Positions 29,593 through 39,916 of a stretch of DNA of 64,000 nt are shown piece after piece. The translations under genes were made by a program, and so were the position numbers. Each line of letters opens with the position of its first letter. The first letter of the stretch is position 1. Under the pieces are notes generated by a model. It made no database searches. It saw only the letters and a program-made list of their open reading frames with translations, and had not been told where the DNA came from. Origin of the DNA: a virus (Duplodnaviria; Caudoviricetes); IMG/VR virus record IMGVR_UViG_3300037067_007633, positions 96,178-160,177 of that record; one strand, written 5' to 3'.

Positions 29593-30139
29593 TATAAAAT
29601 TTCTCCTTTAAACAACCTTTACATACTATTTTACCATCTACTCTAAATAAGTCATAATAACTATGTTTATCACATAAATTTTCATTTTTCTTTTGTGTAG
29701 CGTAATCAATTTCTTCACCAAAAACCCCTAATTCGGGATACCAAAAAGAAAATTCTTCTGGTAAATTAAATTCACAATAAAATCTTTCATCATATTCATA
29801 TCCAGCATTCTTTGCTTTTTCTTTAATTTTTTTGGGATAATCATAACTAATTTCTATGAAATTTCCGAAGGAATGATTATTACATGTACTAACTACATAA
29901 TAATCTTCTATGCGACAAATATAAGTATCAAAGTTGCACGTAGAGAAACAAACATTACTATTCGGATCTATTCCATCCACCTTGTCTTTGTCTATTTTCT
30001 CTATTAATTTATCGTCACTATCCCAACCACGGCAAGTAATCATGTGTTGTGCTAATTCAAACACGTCTTTGTATGCTGTAGTTGGTACTGTAAAACTTGT
30101 AGAAGACGAATTACTTACAAATCCTGTTCTTATTTTCAT
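29585..30139 (-). CDS. Conserved phage protein (MKIRxGFVSNSSS family), function unknown
   Basis: MKIRTGFVSNSSSTSF N-terminus. Confidence 0.75.
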   Translation of the reverse strand: MKIRTGFVSNSSSTSFTVPTTAYKDVFELAQHMITCRGWDSDDKLIEKIDKDKVDGIDPNSNVCFSTCNFDTYICRIEDYYVVSTCNNHSFGNFIEISYDYPKKIKEKAKNAGYEYDERFYCEFNLPEEFSFWYPELGVFGEEIDYATQKKNENLCDKHSYYDLFRVDGKIVCKGCLKEKFYNE

Positions 30140-30618
30140 TTTGTAAAAACAAAAAACCTTTCATCTAAAAATTTGTTAATAGAAGGTTTAACAACATTAT
30201 CCCAACTTAATCCACCTAGATCACATCCGGGTCTAGGAAGATAAATTCTATTCCACTCTAAAGCATTAGCTATAACAATTAATTGTTTTATTGATTTTAT
30301 AATTAATTGGATATCAGAAGGATCTTTGAAGTGATACTTTGTAGGAAGACTTACCAAATTATCAAATTTGGAAAAACTATCCATAGCGTTTACTAAAACA
30401 CAAGAGCTATTTTCACCATACCTATCTTTATTCTTTTGCACTCTGTATCCCCAATCTTCTGGAATATGTGGATATTTGAGAGCAAATGTTTTTGCAATTC
30501 CTGCCCCCATTACCAAATTTCCGTTAGGTTTTATTATAGTATTTGTAGTTATACATAAAGCATCTACATGAGAAACTTCATCTAATAAATCAAAAATATC
30601 TCCTCTCAACTCGTTCAT
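30136..30618 (-). CDS. Macrodomain (ADP-ribose binding/hydrolase)
   Basis: GDIF, ITTN, VMGAGIA, LPTK, PRPGCDLGGLSW. Confidence 0.88.
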   Translation of the reverse strand: MNELRGDIFDLLDEVSHVDALCITTNTIIKPNGNLVMGAGIAKTFALKYPHIPEDWGYRVQKNKDRYGENSSCVLVNAMDSFSKFDNLVSLPTKYHFKDPSDIQLIIKSIKQLIVIANALEWNRIYLPRPGCDLGGLSWDNVVKPSINKFLDERFFVFTK

Positions 30619-30863
30619 TAGAACATTATCTCCTTAAAATAATTAAATATATACTCTATTAAATCTAGAAGTAAAAAAATACAATTTAAAATTAATGAGA
30701 GTGGAGATAATAGCCATATTACCATCATATCAGTTCTTACATCTCCAAATTGGAGTTCATAGTATGGATTATTTATTAATTGTGGCATTAATATATATTT
30801 AAGTATGAAATAATTTATAATATATGATATAATAATATAAATAATAAATATTGTTAAAATCAT
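30618..30863 (-). CDS. Small membrane protein
   Basis: Two hydrophobic segments. Confidence 0.5.
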   Translation of the reverse strand: MILTIFIIYIIISYIINYFILKYILMPQLINNPYYELQFGDVRTDMMVIWLLSPLSLILNCIFLLLDLIEYIFNYFKEIMF

Positions 30864-31969
30864 AATAATGGTATTATCCTTTCTTTCAAATATTCTGGCG
30901 TCATATCGCCCAGATCATTATATTTATCAAAATCTACGACCTTAATGTTATATTGTCGTTTCAATAGTTTATAAATGTTTTCATTTGCTTGTCTTCCAGC
31001 TTCGTCATTATCCATAATTAAAGTAATATAATTAATAGACAAAGTAAGAAGTAATAATCTTTGATTATCTGTTAGATTACTACCATATAAAGCTAAACAA
31101 TTTGTTATCCCACATTCGACTAAACGCCATAAATTACCCGGAGATTCTACTAAGATAACTCTTCCAGTCTTTTTTATTTCTTCTTTTGCAAACCAGTAAT
31201 TATATAGGCTGTCACCTATATTAAAATTTGGGGAATGATTCCATTTGTAATATTCTCTAGCGGGACTTGGACATAATACATTATGGTTGTGAAACAACCC
31301 GCACTTTTCACACTTTTCAAAAATACTTCTTCCCGTAAAACCTACAATAAATTTATACTCGTTATCATAAACAGGAACGACAATCCTATTCTTTTTATTA
31401 TACAAGCCAACATCATATTTGTCTAGTATATCTTTAGAGTATCCTCTTTTAAAATAATATTCGGCTGGAATTTCTAATTTTTGACGTATAGAATATCTAT
31501 TCCAACCGCTCGGTTTATCTTTAGGAATAACAGACAGCGAGTTATATTGTTTAAATAATTCGCGTTTTTTTAGCGTATTCTCGTCTGGAATACGAATATC
31601 ATTAATGTTTTTAAATCCACAAAATTTGCAGAGCCAATTTACAGCTTCGCCAAACCCAACGTCTTGATTTTTTTCCTTTGACAAAACTCCTCTTACAAGT
31701 CCTATTAATGTTTTTTTATATTTATTTTCGCAATGATGCGTTCTACAATACCACAAACATTTCGGCTCACTTTCTGGATATAAATTAAATGCTGTTGAAT
31801 TATCAGCACCGTCATGTATTGGGCAAGTTCCATATAGTAATTTCCCGTTTTTGTTGTAAACTATATTTAATTTAAACAATAACTCTTCTATATTATTTGC
31901 AGCTATTTCATTAAGTTCATTCAGACGAAATTGGTATATCTCCGTCGTCTTGTTCGTATTTTTTATCAT
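30860..31969 (-). CDS. dnaG: DNA primase (Zn-binding + TOPRIM)
   Basis: CPIH...WYC...C, RIVVP, GFTGR, LVES, MDNDEAG, NDLGD. Confidence 0.88.
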   Translation of the reverse strand: MIKNTNKTTEIYQFRLNELNEIAANNIEELLFKLNIVYNKNGKLLYGTCPIHDGADNSTAFNLYPESEPKCLWYCRTHHCENKYKKTLIGLVRGVLSKEKNQDVGFGEAVNWLCKFCGFKNINDIRIPDENTLKKRELFKQYNSLSVIPKDKPSGWNRYSIRQKLEIPAEYYFKRGYSKDILDKYDVGLYNKKNRIVVPVYDNEYKFIVGFTGRSIFEKCEKCGLFHNHNVLCPSPAREYYKWNHSPNFNIGDSLYNYWFAKEEIKKTGRVILVESPGNLWRLVECGITNCLALYGSNLTDNQRLLLLTLSINYITLIMDNDEAGRQANENIYKLLKRQYNIKVVDFDKYNDLGDMTPEYLKERIIPLL

Positions 31970-33398
31970 TGTTTATTTTTTGTTGAGAATCTCTAATCAT
32001 ATATCTAGTTCGTCCTTCAATAATTTTTCCAAATTCTCCTTTCATTATTACATTTATGTAGTCACCATTAGCAATTCCTGATCCGTGACGACTTTTTAAA
32101 ACCACCATTTTCTTATTACCCTCGGTTGGAGTATCCATAGCAATTTCGTCTGGTGATTTATCTTTAAAGATTGTAAAATTTGTAGTTAACCAAACAATTC
32201 TGTCAGAACCTGCAATTGCATCTGTCGCTTCTTTATCTATTCCATCTCTATTTAATTGAATAAATGATAATATGGGAATATCATGTTTAACAGTAAAATT
32301 ATGTAAAGAAGTCATTAAAAATCCTAACATCTGGAATTCTGCTAAATTTCCGTTAAGATTTTCTGCACTCATTAATTTTAAATAATCATAAATAATAATA
32401 CACGGTTTAGTTTTTCCATTATCATCAATTCCAACATATTTGCAAATCCATCTTCTCATTATTGACAAAATACTTTCAAAGCTTTTACCAGAAATATTCA
32501 TATAATGAAAAGGAAGTTTTTTTAATTGTTCTTTTGCTTGTCTAATTTTCTTCTTATTAAATTCAGATCTTGAATATTTACCAGACTCTATATCATTAAT
32601 AGTAATTTTCCCGCCATTTGAGAATACTAAGTTTGCTAATATTCTAGGGTAATGATCTAGTTCGTTCATTTCAGTGTCTAAGTATAATACAGGAATGTCA
32701 TTTTTAGATATGTTAAGACCTATATTAATAGACTCAAAAGACTTTCCTTGTCCGGGGCGAGCCCCTATTAAGCTAACTGTTTTTCTCCTAAATCCTCCCC
32801 CTATAGCTATATCATACAAGGGGTAGCCTGAACTTATACCGATAATATTAGTCGGATTATTTTCTACATATTCAATCCACTCATCAATATTTTCCCCAAA
32901 TAATTGCGGTTTTTCATCCTTGTTCGTAAGTAATAATTCTGTAAAATCTAATATACTATTTTCGGCAATTCCTAAGATTTGCTCTATACTTTCATTACCA
33001 GAGATATCAGCCAAACTTTTATTTGCTAGTGATAATTGTTTTCGTAGCAACCTTGTAATTTCAAGTTTGCGTATTTTTACAGCCCAAGTAGTTATATTAA
33101 CCTGTAAAATATCGGTATTAATAATGGATTTTATATGTTGGGTTTCATCTTTTTTATTTAACAAATATCCGAACCCAAGATTGTTGATTACTGTATGAAT
33201 AGAACTAATATCAGGCTTTTCTATTCCTTGTTCAAACAAACTTATTAAACATTTAAAAAATATCTTATTTGTTTCATCAGTAAAAGTTTTTTCTGTAATA
33301 AATTCTTGAACTTCGTAATAAGCATCTTGACCGTATTGGTATAATCCAGCTAAAACATTTCTTTCAGCCGCTAAATCGTAAAGATTGTCTTCTGACAA
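31917..33398 (-). CDS. dnaB: Replicative DNA helicase
   Basis: AERNVL, GARPGQGKS, LDTEM, IIYDYL, QLNR, LKSRHG. Confidence 0.93.
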   Translation of the reverse strand: MSEDNLYDLAAERNVLAGLYQYGQDAYYEVQEFITEKTFTDETNKIFFKCLISLFEQGIEKPDISSIHTVINNLGFGYLLNKKDETQHIKSIINTDILQVNITTWAVKIRKLEITRLLRKQLSLANKSLADISGNESIEQILGIAENSILDFTELLLTNKDEKPQLFGENIDEWIEYVENNPTNIIGISSGYPLYDIAIGGGFRRKTVSLIGARPGQGKSFESINIGLNISKNDIPVLYLDTEMNELDHYPRILANLVFSNGGKITINDIESGKYSRSEFNKKKIRQAKEQLKKLPFHYMNISGKSFESILSIMRRWICKYVGIDDNGKTKPCIIIYDYLKLMSAENLNGNLAEFQMLGFLMTSLHNFTVKHDIPILSFIQLNRDGIDKEATDAIAGSDRIVWLTTNFTIFKDKSPDEIAMDTPTEGNKKMVVLKSRHGSGIANGDYINVIMKGEFGKIIEGRTRYMIRDSQQKINNDKKYEQDDGDIPISSE

Positions 33399-33402
33399 AA
33401 CA

Positions 33403-33942
33403 CTATCTCCTTTTAACTATACAATTATCACATTTAAAAGAGTTTTCACTTGGATCTGGATCGTATGTTGTTGCCAATACTGAAGAAACCTCCAAAGTTT
33501 TTCCACAAATCGAACATTCTACCTTTACAAGATTATTTGATCTATTACGCTCTCTTGGTGAAACATACATTTTAGCTAGTGTTTGATTGTTTTCTGTTAA
33601 ATCATCTACTGCCTCAGTTCGATCGTCTGTAAATAATTGTGGGCGGATTTTATGTTTTATAAAAGGGGTTTTTCTAGCAATTTTCTTACCATCATAATCG
33701 TCATCATTTGATGATTCTTCTTTTTTAGTAGTGGCTATAAAATTAGCTTTTTCTTCACGTTTAATTTTAATATCTGGTTCTAAATCTAAATCTTTTAATA
33801 TTTCTTCTTCGGTTTTTTCTTTTTCAATTATAGTTGGTTTTGGTGGTGAAATTTCTTCCCCGGTAATTGCAGTGTATATAAAACAAACCTTTTCCCAATT
33901 ACCTTCTATAATTGCTTCTTTTAGTAAAACTGGTAACTTCAT
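33403..33942 (-). CDS. Hypothetical protein with C-terminal Zn finger
   Basis: CSIC...CDNC. Confidence 0.6.
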   Translation of the reverse strand: MKLPVLLKEAIIEGNWEKVCFIYTAITGEEISPPKPTIIEKEKTEEEILKDLDLEPDIKIKREEKANFIATTKKEESSNDDDYDGKKIARKTPFIKHKIRPQLFTDDRTEAVDDLTENNQTLAKMYVSPRERNRSNNLVKVECSICGKTLEVSSVLATTYDPDPSENSFKCDNCIVKRR

Positions 33943-34424
33943 TATTTCTGGCTCCTTTTACTTCTTGATAATTCAATAAAAGTATCACTTTGTTTATTAA
34001 TCATTCCTGGTAAATAACTTATAGATGCTAATTTAATATGTAGTTGTATAAGTAGATTGTCTATTTTTTTTGCATATTCATTTTCTGCTATAACTAAAGA
34101 TTTTTTTTGTTCATAAGAAATAAATTTATCGTAACTACTTAACTTAGGACTTATTATCCTATTTAAAGATGCTTCTAAAAATAATATTTTACTATTTATC
34201 TTATTTATTTCTGTCTGTATAAATCTAGCTTCTCTACTTAATAGGACGGCAATATTAGCACATTCATCTGGTGGTAAACCCCTAATTTCCTCTATAGACG
34301 GACTTAACCATTTAGTTACGTCATTATCACTTTTTTCTTCAACCGGTAATCCTAATCTTTTTAAAAAATTAGTTGTTGACTCTACTAATTTATCTATTTT
34401 TAATTCAATATCATTGTTTTCCAT
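33942..34424 (-). CDS. Helical hypothetical protein (possible recombination mediator)
   Basis: Coiled-coil character; located between recA and dnaB. Confidence 0.4.
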   Translation of the reverse strand: MENNDIELKIDKLVESTTNFLKRLGLPVEEKSDNDVTKWLSPSIEEIRGLPPDECANIAVLLSREARFIQTEINKINSKILFLEASLNRIISPKLSSYDKFISYEQKKSLVIAENEYAKKIDNLLIQLHIKLASISYLPGMINKQSDTFIELSRSKRSQK

Positions 34425-34801
34425 TCATCATCCGTTTTATCAAAAGGTAACTCTATAAGTTTTAAATTATTGTTTTCACACCATTCTCTTTTTTGTTGGT
34501 CGTTTTGTTGTGCTCTTGCCCAACTTAATTTATCTTTAAAGAAAAAAGAATTAAAAGTATAGTGTTGGTCACCGTGAACTTCTATACATAATTTATGACG
34601 AATAATAACAAAATCAAAAAATAAGCCAATTTCTGGAATTGGAACTTCTTCTAATATCATATCTATAGGATATAATTCTTTTAGAAGTTTTCTAGCCCTA
34701 AGATGATATTGACTACGAACTCTAGTATCATTTAAAGATGGCTGATAACCAACAGGTGGAAAATTATATACTTTATTTCCTATTAATGATCTTACTTTCA
34801 T
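34400..34801 (-). CDS. Vsr/DUF559-like endonuclease
   Basis: EE...FFDF...IEVHGDQH...ND..K..WC. Confidence 0.75.
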   Translation of the reverse strand: MKVRSLIGNKVYNFPPVGYQPSLNDTRVRSQYHLRARKLLKELYPIDMILEEVPIPEIGLFFDFVIIRHKLCIEVHGDQHYTFNSFFFKDKLSWARAQQNDQQKREWCENNNLKLIELPFDKTDDEWKTMILN

Positions 34802-36813
34802 GCAATTAACATACTCCTAATTTGATTATTCAACTTATCTGATAACTCTTTGTTTTCATCAAGAGCAATAACCAATTTTTCTAATCCTTGAAATTGTCCA
34901 TCTATTCCATCAACCTTATACCAAGCTCCACTTTTCTTAATTAATCCAAGGTTTATTGATAAACTAGCAATCTCAGCAGATTCATCAATACCAATTCCAT
35001 AGCGAATGTAAGACTGCATTTTACGACCGGGGGCTATAGTGTTCGTACTTTCCGACTCCCAGTAAGTAAGTTGTCCTATAGGATCTGTAGTAGCCGCTCC
35101 AGCCCTCCAATCTTCTACTTTTTTAGCTTTAAGTTTTACATCTACTGCATATGCAATTTTACGACCGCCACTTTCATTTAATGCAGCACCAAAACCAGAA
35201 GTGTTGGCAATTTGATGAGTAATACATATAACAATGTTCCTATTAACTGGAATTATATTAGAGGTTTTACGACAAAAAGAAGCCATTAATAAAGCAGAAG
35301 GATTACGACCAGTGTCTCCAATTTCAGATCCTAATTCTTTTTCAGGGCAAAGTTGAGATACACTATCAACGATTATAACCGATCCGGGTTCATCACGAAT
35401 AATTTCTTCAGCTATTCTTAAGTATTCTTCTCCAGTAAGAATTTTCCCTAAAATTGACCCAATTACTTTTACTTTATCTGGTTGTAATTTTTTAATTCCC
35501 TTTAAATCTCTAGCTTTAAGTCTTCCTTCAATATTTAAGTAATATACGGTTCTTCCTAATTGTTGACAATTTGCAGAGAAGTGTAATGCAGAAACGGTGT
35601 TATGAGTAATAATAAAACTGTCTGTTAAATATAATCCTTTTGGATTATCTAATGCAATACATTGACATTCTTCGTCACCAACATACTCTATTTTCTCTAT
35701 ATATCTTTGTAGTGTTCTAATTTTATTTTTGTGTCTTATTTTTTTATAACTTGTTCTAAAAGGTATAATATCATTTTTAAATCTAATTCTTAATCTAAAA
35801 GATTTAAACGGTTTATTATTTTTATAAGTTATTCTAGGAACAATTCTACATAATCCGCCTAACGAATTTACTATTTCTTTTACGTCATTTGCTAGTTGTA
35901 TAGAAACTGATGTATATGAAATGTTTCCATTTTTATCAATATCTCCATCTGTATCTAAAAGACCTTGTAATATAGATAATCTAGTGTAAACATTATTATA
36001 TTTATATTCATTAGGGATAAATTTTGTGTGAGAATTACATCCCCATAATTTATATGCTTTTAATTTACGTATATAAGTATTATAATTACACTTATAAATA
36101 CTATTTACAAGATAATGTTGATATCTAACACTTTTTGATGTATTAATAATATAATTTTCTTCTAAATTTTGTTTAAGACTTTCTATTAATTCTTTATCAT
36201 CTGAAGTAATTTGTAAATGACCATTTGTTCCAGTAATACAGCCATTTCCTAAAATAACGCCAAGTAAATATGGATCTAAGGTAGTTGGTTGAGAATTAAA
36301 AAATACCGGATTCGGTAATTTTACAGACCATATATGTTGATCACAAAGTTTTACACCTTCGTTTAAAATCTCTTGTGTTGTTAAAATGTAATCTAAACGT
36401 GTTCTTTTCCAATTTCTTATTCTACATCTTGACACATTCCATAAATGATCCAAACAAGCTTCACAACTATCACCATCTGCAAAAGTAATCCTATATATTG
36501 GTTTTATACCCTGTTTATATATTGCTTTTACTATAGCAACTCCGCCATTTTCTGTACAAACTATATCCCCAATTTTAATATCACCCATTTTTTTAGGACC
36601 GTCTGGTGTCCAAATAATAGACGATAAATTTTGAGCTTTACCAGATTTTGGTGGTCCGGTCAGAATAACGAATGATCCTTCCATAATTCCCCCACCTAAT
36701 CCAATATCCATAGCGGGACTGAAAGGAATTGTTATTCTTGGTTTATCAATAAAAACTTTACCATCATTAATTACATTTCCATATTTTTCTATAATATCTT
36801 CTAATACTGGCAT
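34798..36813 (-). CDS. recA: RecA recombinase with intein (spliced product about 325 aa)
   Basis: GPPKSGK|T P-loop, VDSV, HQ, SGG, KSGAWY, FQG. Confidence 0.92.
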   Translation of the reverse strand: MPVLEDIIEKYGNVINDGKVFIDKPRITIPFSPAMDIGLGGGIMEGSFVILTGPPKSGKAQNLSSIIWTPDGPKKMGDIKIGDIVCTENGGVAIVKAIYKQGIKPIYRITFADGDSCEACLDHLWNVSRCRIRNWKRTRLDYILTTQEILNEGVKLCDQHIWSVKLPNPVFFNSQPTTLDPYLLGVILGNGCITGTNGHLQITSDDKELIESLKQNLEENYIINTSKSVRYQHYLVNSIYKCNYNTYIRKLKAYKLWGCNSHTKFIPNEYKYNNVYTRLSILQGLLDTDGDIDKNGNISYTSVSIQLANDVKEIVNSLGGLCRIVPRITYKNNKPFKSFRLRIRFKNDIIPFRTSYKKIRHKNKIRTLQRYIEKIEYVGDEECQCIALDNPKGLYLTDSFIITHNTVSALHFSANCQQLGRTVYYLNIEGRLKARDLKGIKKLQPDKVKVIGSILGKILTGEEYLRIAEEIIRDEPGSVIIVDSVSQLCPEKELGSEIGDTGRNPSALLMASFCRKTSNIIPVNRNIVICITHQIANTSGFGAALNESGGRKIAYAVDVKLKAKKVEDWRAGAATTDPIGQLTYWESESTNTIAPGRKMQSYIRYGIGIDESAEIASLSINLGLIKKSGAWYKVDGIDGQFQGLEKLVIALDENKELSDKLNNQIRSMLIA
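35599..36636 (-). mobile_element. Class 3 (Ala1, WCT) intein with LAGLIDADG domain, 346 aa
   Basis: Starts AQNL, block B DHLW, block F CQC, block G YLTD..THN, +1 Thr; LLGVILGNG and LQGLLDTDG. Confidence 0.88.
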
Positions 36814-37030
36814 TTAATCGTTATCCGCCTTACCAAATTCTGTTAAAATATTTAATTCACGTTCTTTTAATTGTTCTTTAGCTTTAGCTAATTCTTCTTC
36901 TAACTGTTTGATTCGCTTGTCTTTCTCATCTGAATTAGGAATTGGAGTCGAATCTAAATCTCCATTGCTCGCATAAAAAACATAAGCTAATTCTCTATTT
37001 AAATCGTCTTCTATCATATTTTTACCTTTC

Positions 37031-37471
37031 TTATAAATTTTTCAATTTTGATATTGATGTTTGTTTACCGAAAGATGGTCGTAAACTATCGCTTACTTTA
37101 TCTTCTAAGTTATCAATAACAGGAAATTTAATAGTAGTGGAAATAGACTCTGCCATTATTATTTTATATTTTTCTAACAGTTTTTTAAAAGGTGGAAAAC
37201 AAAAGGAAGTCATATTCCAAACCATTTTATCCTTTAAAGCTGCTAAAATAACATTAATTTCGTAGTTTTTTAACAATTTGTTGGCTTCTACAATATGACG
37301 GCGAAACAACTTGTTCCACTCGGGCAATTCCCAAAAATGGTCTGGTAAATCTTTCTTTTGCAACCTAGCTATTCTTACACATAATTTTTCAGTTAAATAT
37401 TGGGCGGGAGAAATAAAACCTGCACCATATTGTGATGGAAAACCACTTTTTTCTGTATATTCTTTAGCCAT
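37031..37471 (-). CDS. Hypothetical protein
   Basis: ORF packed in operon. Confidence 0.6.
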   Translation of the reverse strand: MAKEYTEKSGFPSQYGAGFISPAQYLTEKLCVRIARLQKKDLPDHFWELPEWNKLFRRHIVEANKLLKNYEINVILAALKDKMVWNMTSFCFPPFKKLLEKYKIIMAESISTTIKFPVIDNLEDKVSDSLRPSFGKQTSISKLKNL

Positions 37472-37704
37472 TATTTATATAATTTTTTACTGTTTTTACT
37501 AATTTTAACATATTTGTCTAAAACTGTCTTTATTTCATTTGCACACTCACAACACAGATCGTCAAATTTTATATGTCCTGATATTCTTAATGATCCACCC
37601 AAATCAGAATAAAAATGTATTGATCCAAAACCGCTAAGTTTTTCAGAATCTACTTCTCTCAATTCTCTCATACAAATATCGCAAACTTTTACTTTTAATT
37701 CCAT
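37471..37704 (-). CDS. Zn-finger hypothetical protein
   Basis: CDIC...LCCEC. Confidence 0.55.
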   Translation of the reverse strand: MELKVKVCDICMRELREVDSEKLSGFGSIHFYSDLGGSLRISGHIKFDDLCCECANEIKTVLDKYVKISKNSKKLYK

Positions 37705-37872
37705 ATTACGACTTCCTTATTAATTCAATAAGTTTATCTAAATTTTTATCTCTTATTTTATTACATGCTTCACACCCTTTACCATTATTACATTTTGGGG
37801 GTCTAACACCTTTATATTTTTTAGAATTTCCGCAATCTTTCATTTTTTTAATCTCCTTTATATTTTTCTAAT

Positions 37873-38853
37873 TTAAACATCAAATGGTCTTGTTCCACTT
37901 AAAATAGCATTTCCACATGTAATACGTCCTTCGTCCTCTTCTTTAGAAGCAATAAATACTAAAACATCGTATCCAACACCTTTAAGCTTTTCTTCTATTT
38001 CTTTATAAGGAGTATAAGTTGTATAATCTCCGTGGGTTTTAATATTATTAGCTATTGCTTCTGGTGTTTTATGCATAGGTGTTAGTTTAATAATATAGTT
38101 TGACGGATCAAAATATGTAAGTAAAACTTTTGGGTTAATTTCGTAATTTGCTAAAGCAAAATTTAATGTCCACTTTCTACCTTTTGGTTGATCTAAATAC
38201 CTCATAATCTCAGAAATTCCAAACAAACTAGTTGCTCTACCATTAAACATTGTTTCTCGTTCGCGTTCGTTTGTAGAATTAATACTTAATTGTAGTCCAG
38301 CATTTCCATGACATAATTTATTTTTAATAACATCGTTCCATTCCATAAGAAATTTTAATAAATTTTTATTTCTATATGGCATCATAGTTGAAATTACTGG
38401 ATGTATATTATACCTAAAATTTAATTCTCCATATAATTGATATGTGGCATCTAAAACATTAAAATTCCAAGTTGGCTCACCCATTCTGGCATAGTGAATA
38501 TTTAATCTTTTACTATAAGTTAATTCTGGGTGAAGTGATAAGCAAGTATATACTTGGTTTAATATATCATTGTATGTAGCGTTTCTACCACTACCAACTT
38601 TTGGTACAGAACAAAATTGGCATTGTTCCATACAACCATATTGGGTAGAAATAGTACACACAATTTTTTCTGTCAATGGTAATAATTGTTGATGTTTAAC
38701 TTGATCTAGTTCTCTATTTACTCCCAAAAAATCTGCCTTAACATTAACATCTTTCCCGTAATCACCTAAAGAAAGACACTCAAGTTTTCCACATTCGCCT
38801 TCAACAATCAAAATATTCCCTGTTGGAACTTTAATATTTTCTAAAATTTGCAT
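37873..38853 (-). CDS. Radical SAM enzyme, RlmN/Cfr-related
   Basis: STQYGCMEQCQFC, RMGEP, LQLSINS, C-terminal TCGN; GGAG RBS supports ATG 38853. Confidence 0.82.
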   Translation of the reverse strand: MQILENIKVPTGNILIVEGECGKLECLSLGDYGKDVNVKADFLGVNRELDQVKHQQLLPLTEKIVCTISTQYGCMEQCQFCSVPKVGSGRNATYNDILNQVYTCLSLHPELTYSKRLNIHYARMGEPTWNFNVLDATYQLYGELNFRYNIHPVISTMMPYRNKNLLKFLMEWNDVIKNKLCHGNAGLQLSINSTNERERETMFNGRATSLFGISEIMRYLDQPKGRKWTLNFALANYEINPKVLLTYFDPSNYIIKLTPMHKTPEAIANNIKTHGDYTTYTPYKEIEEKLKGVGYDVLVFIASKEEDEGRITCGNAILSGTRPFDV

Positions 38854-38860
38854 AATATAA

Positions 38861-39268
38861 TTAACTCCTGTTAATAATAATAAAAGGTTCCTTGATTTCC
38901 TCAATTAATTTATTTTCCTTTTTCATTGGCTCTAATTCCGGTATAGAAAACCAAATACATTCTACAACCCCTTTATTTAAAATTCCTACAATATTACAAT
39001 TCTTTGAACTATTCAAACTAGCAATTATACCATTTGCAAAATAATATCCTTCGGCTTTTTCTGGAAGATCAATAATATGACTTCTAAAACGAAGCTGCAT
39101 ATTGATAATTTTTAAACCACTTTCTTTAAGATATTTTTTTAATCTTATCCAAGCTGGTGGTTGATCATTATCTGAAAAATATATATTACCATCAGATAAT
39201 TTAACAACAAAAACTACTGAATTTTCATATATATCAGAACTAACGCTTTGCTTTAGTTGTACAATCAT
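38861..39268 (-). CDS. Hypothetical protein
   Basis: ORF packed in operon. Confidence 0.6.
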   Translation of the reverse strand: MIVQLKQSVSSDIYENSVVFVVKLSDGNIYFSDNDQPPAWIRLKKYLKESGLKIINMQLRFRSHIIDLPEKAEGYYFANGIIASLNSSKNCNIVGILNKGVVECIWFSIPELEPMKKENKLIEEIKEPFIIINRS

Positions 39269-39536
39269 TAAAATGTTTCTTTTGTGGCTGTTTGTGTTTT
39301 TTTAATTCTTCAGACAACGCACTAGCATTTTCGGTCATTATAGTAGCACCAGACTTTTTAATCATTAATTCTTCAGTTGTTGGCATTTTTGGTTCGTTAA
39401 TAGGATGATCGTCAAGATATTTTTGTATAACATTTTTACTTATTGTTCCTATTTCTTCTGTTAATTGTTCTAAATTCATATTATTTCTATGTAATTCTAT
39501 AAATGCTTCTTCAAATTTTGTAAGTTTATTACGCAT
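39240..39536 (-). CDS. Hypothetical protein (HTH-like N-terminus)
   Basis: KLTKFEEAFI...LTEEIG..SKNVIQKYL. Confidence 0.5.
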   Translation of the reverse strand: MRNKLTKFEEAFIELHRNNMNLEQLTEEIGTISKNVIQKYLDDHPINEPKMPTTEELMIKKSGATIMTENASALSEELKKHKQPQKKHFNDCTTKAKR

Positions 39537-39915
39537 CTTTTGTTTCCCTTTCAGCTATTAGTAAATGAGATTCATTTTTTGTTTCTAAAAATCTCATATA
39601 TCTATTAAATGTTGTTTCTGCCACTTCTTTAAATGCCCAAAAACTTTTTCCTGTTTTTGACATATAATTCTTTAGCTTCCCACTATTATACATCCCCCAC
39701 GGATTATATAAATGAAAATCTAGACTAAATATTAAATAATATTTGTTTTTTTTGTCTTTAATTTTTATTTTTTTTACTAAACAATTTTTATTGTTAATAT
39801 CTATCTCTATAATTTTTGCTAATTTTTCGTCATAAGTATAGCCAATACCTTCTTGTGTTCCATCTAATAATTCTACTATTGTTTTATCAGTTTGTTTAAT
39901 TTTTGATATACACAT
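39529..39915 (-). CDS. Hypothetical protein
   Basis: ORF packed in operon. Confidence 0.55.
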   Translation of the reverse strand: MCISKIKQTDKTIVELLDGTQEGIGYTYDEKLAKIIEIDINNKNCLVKKIKIKDKKNKYYLIFSLDFHLYNPWGMYNSGKLKNYMSKTGKSFWAFKEVAETTFNRYMRFLETKNESHLLIAERETKDA

Positions 39916-39916
39916 T

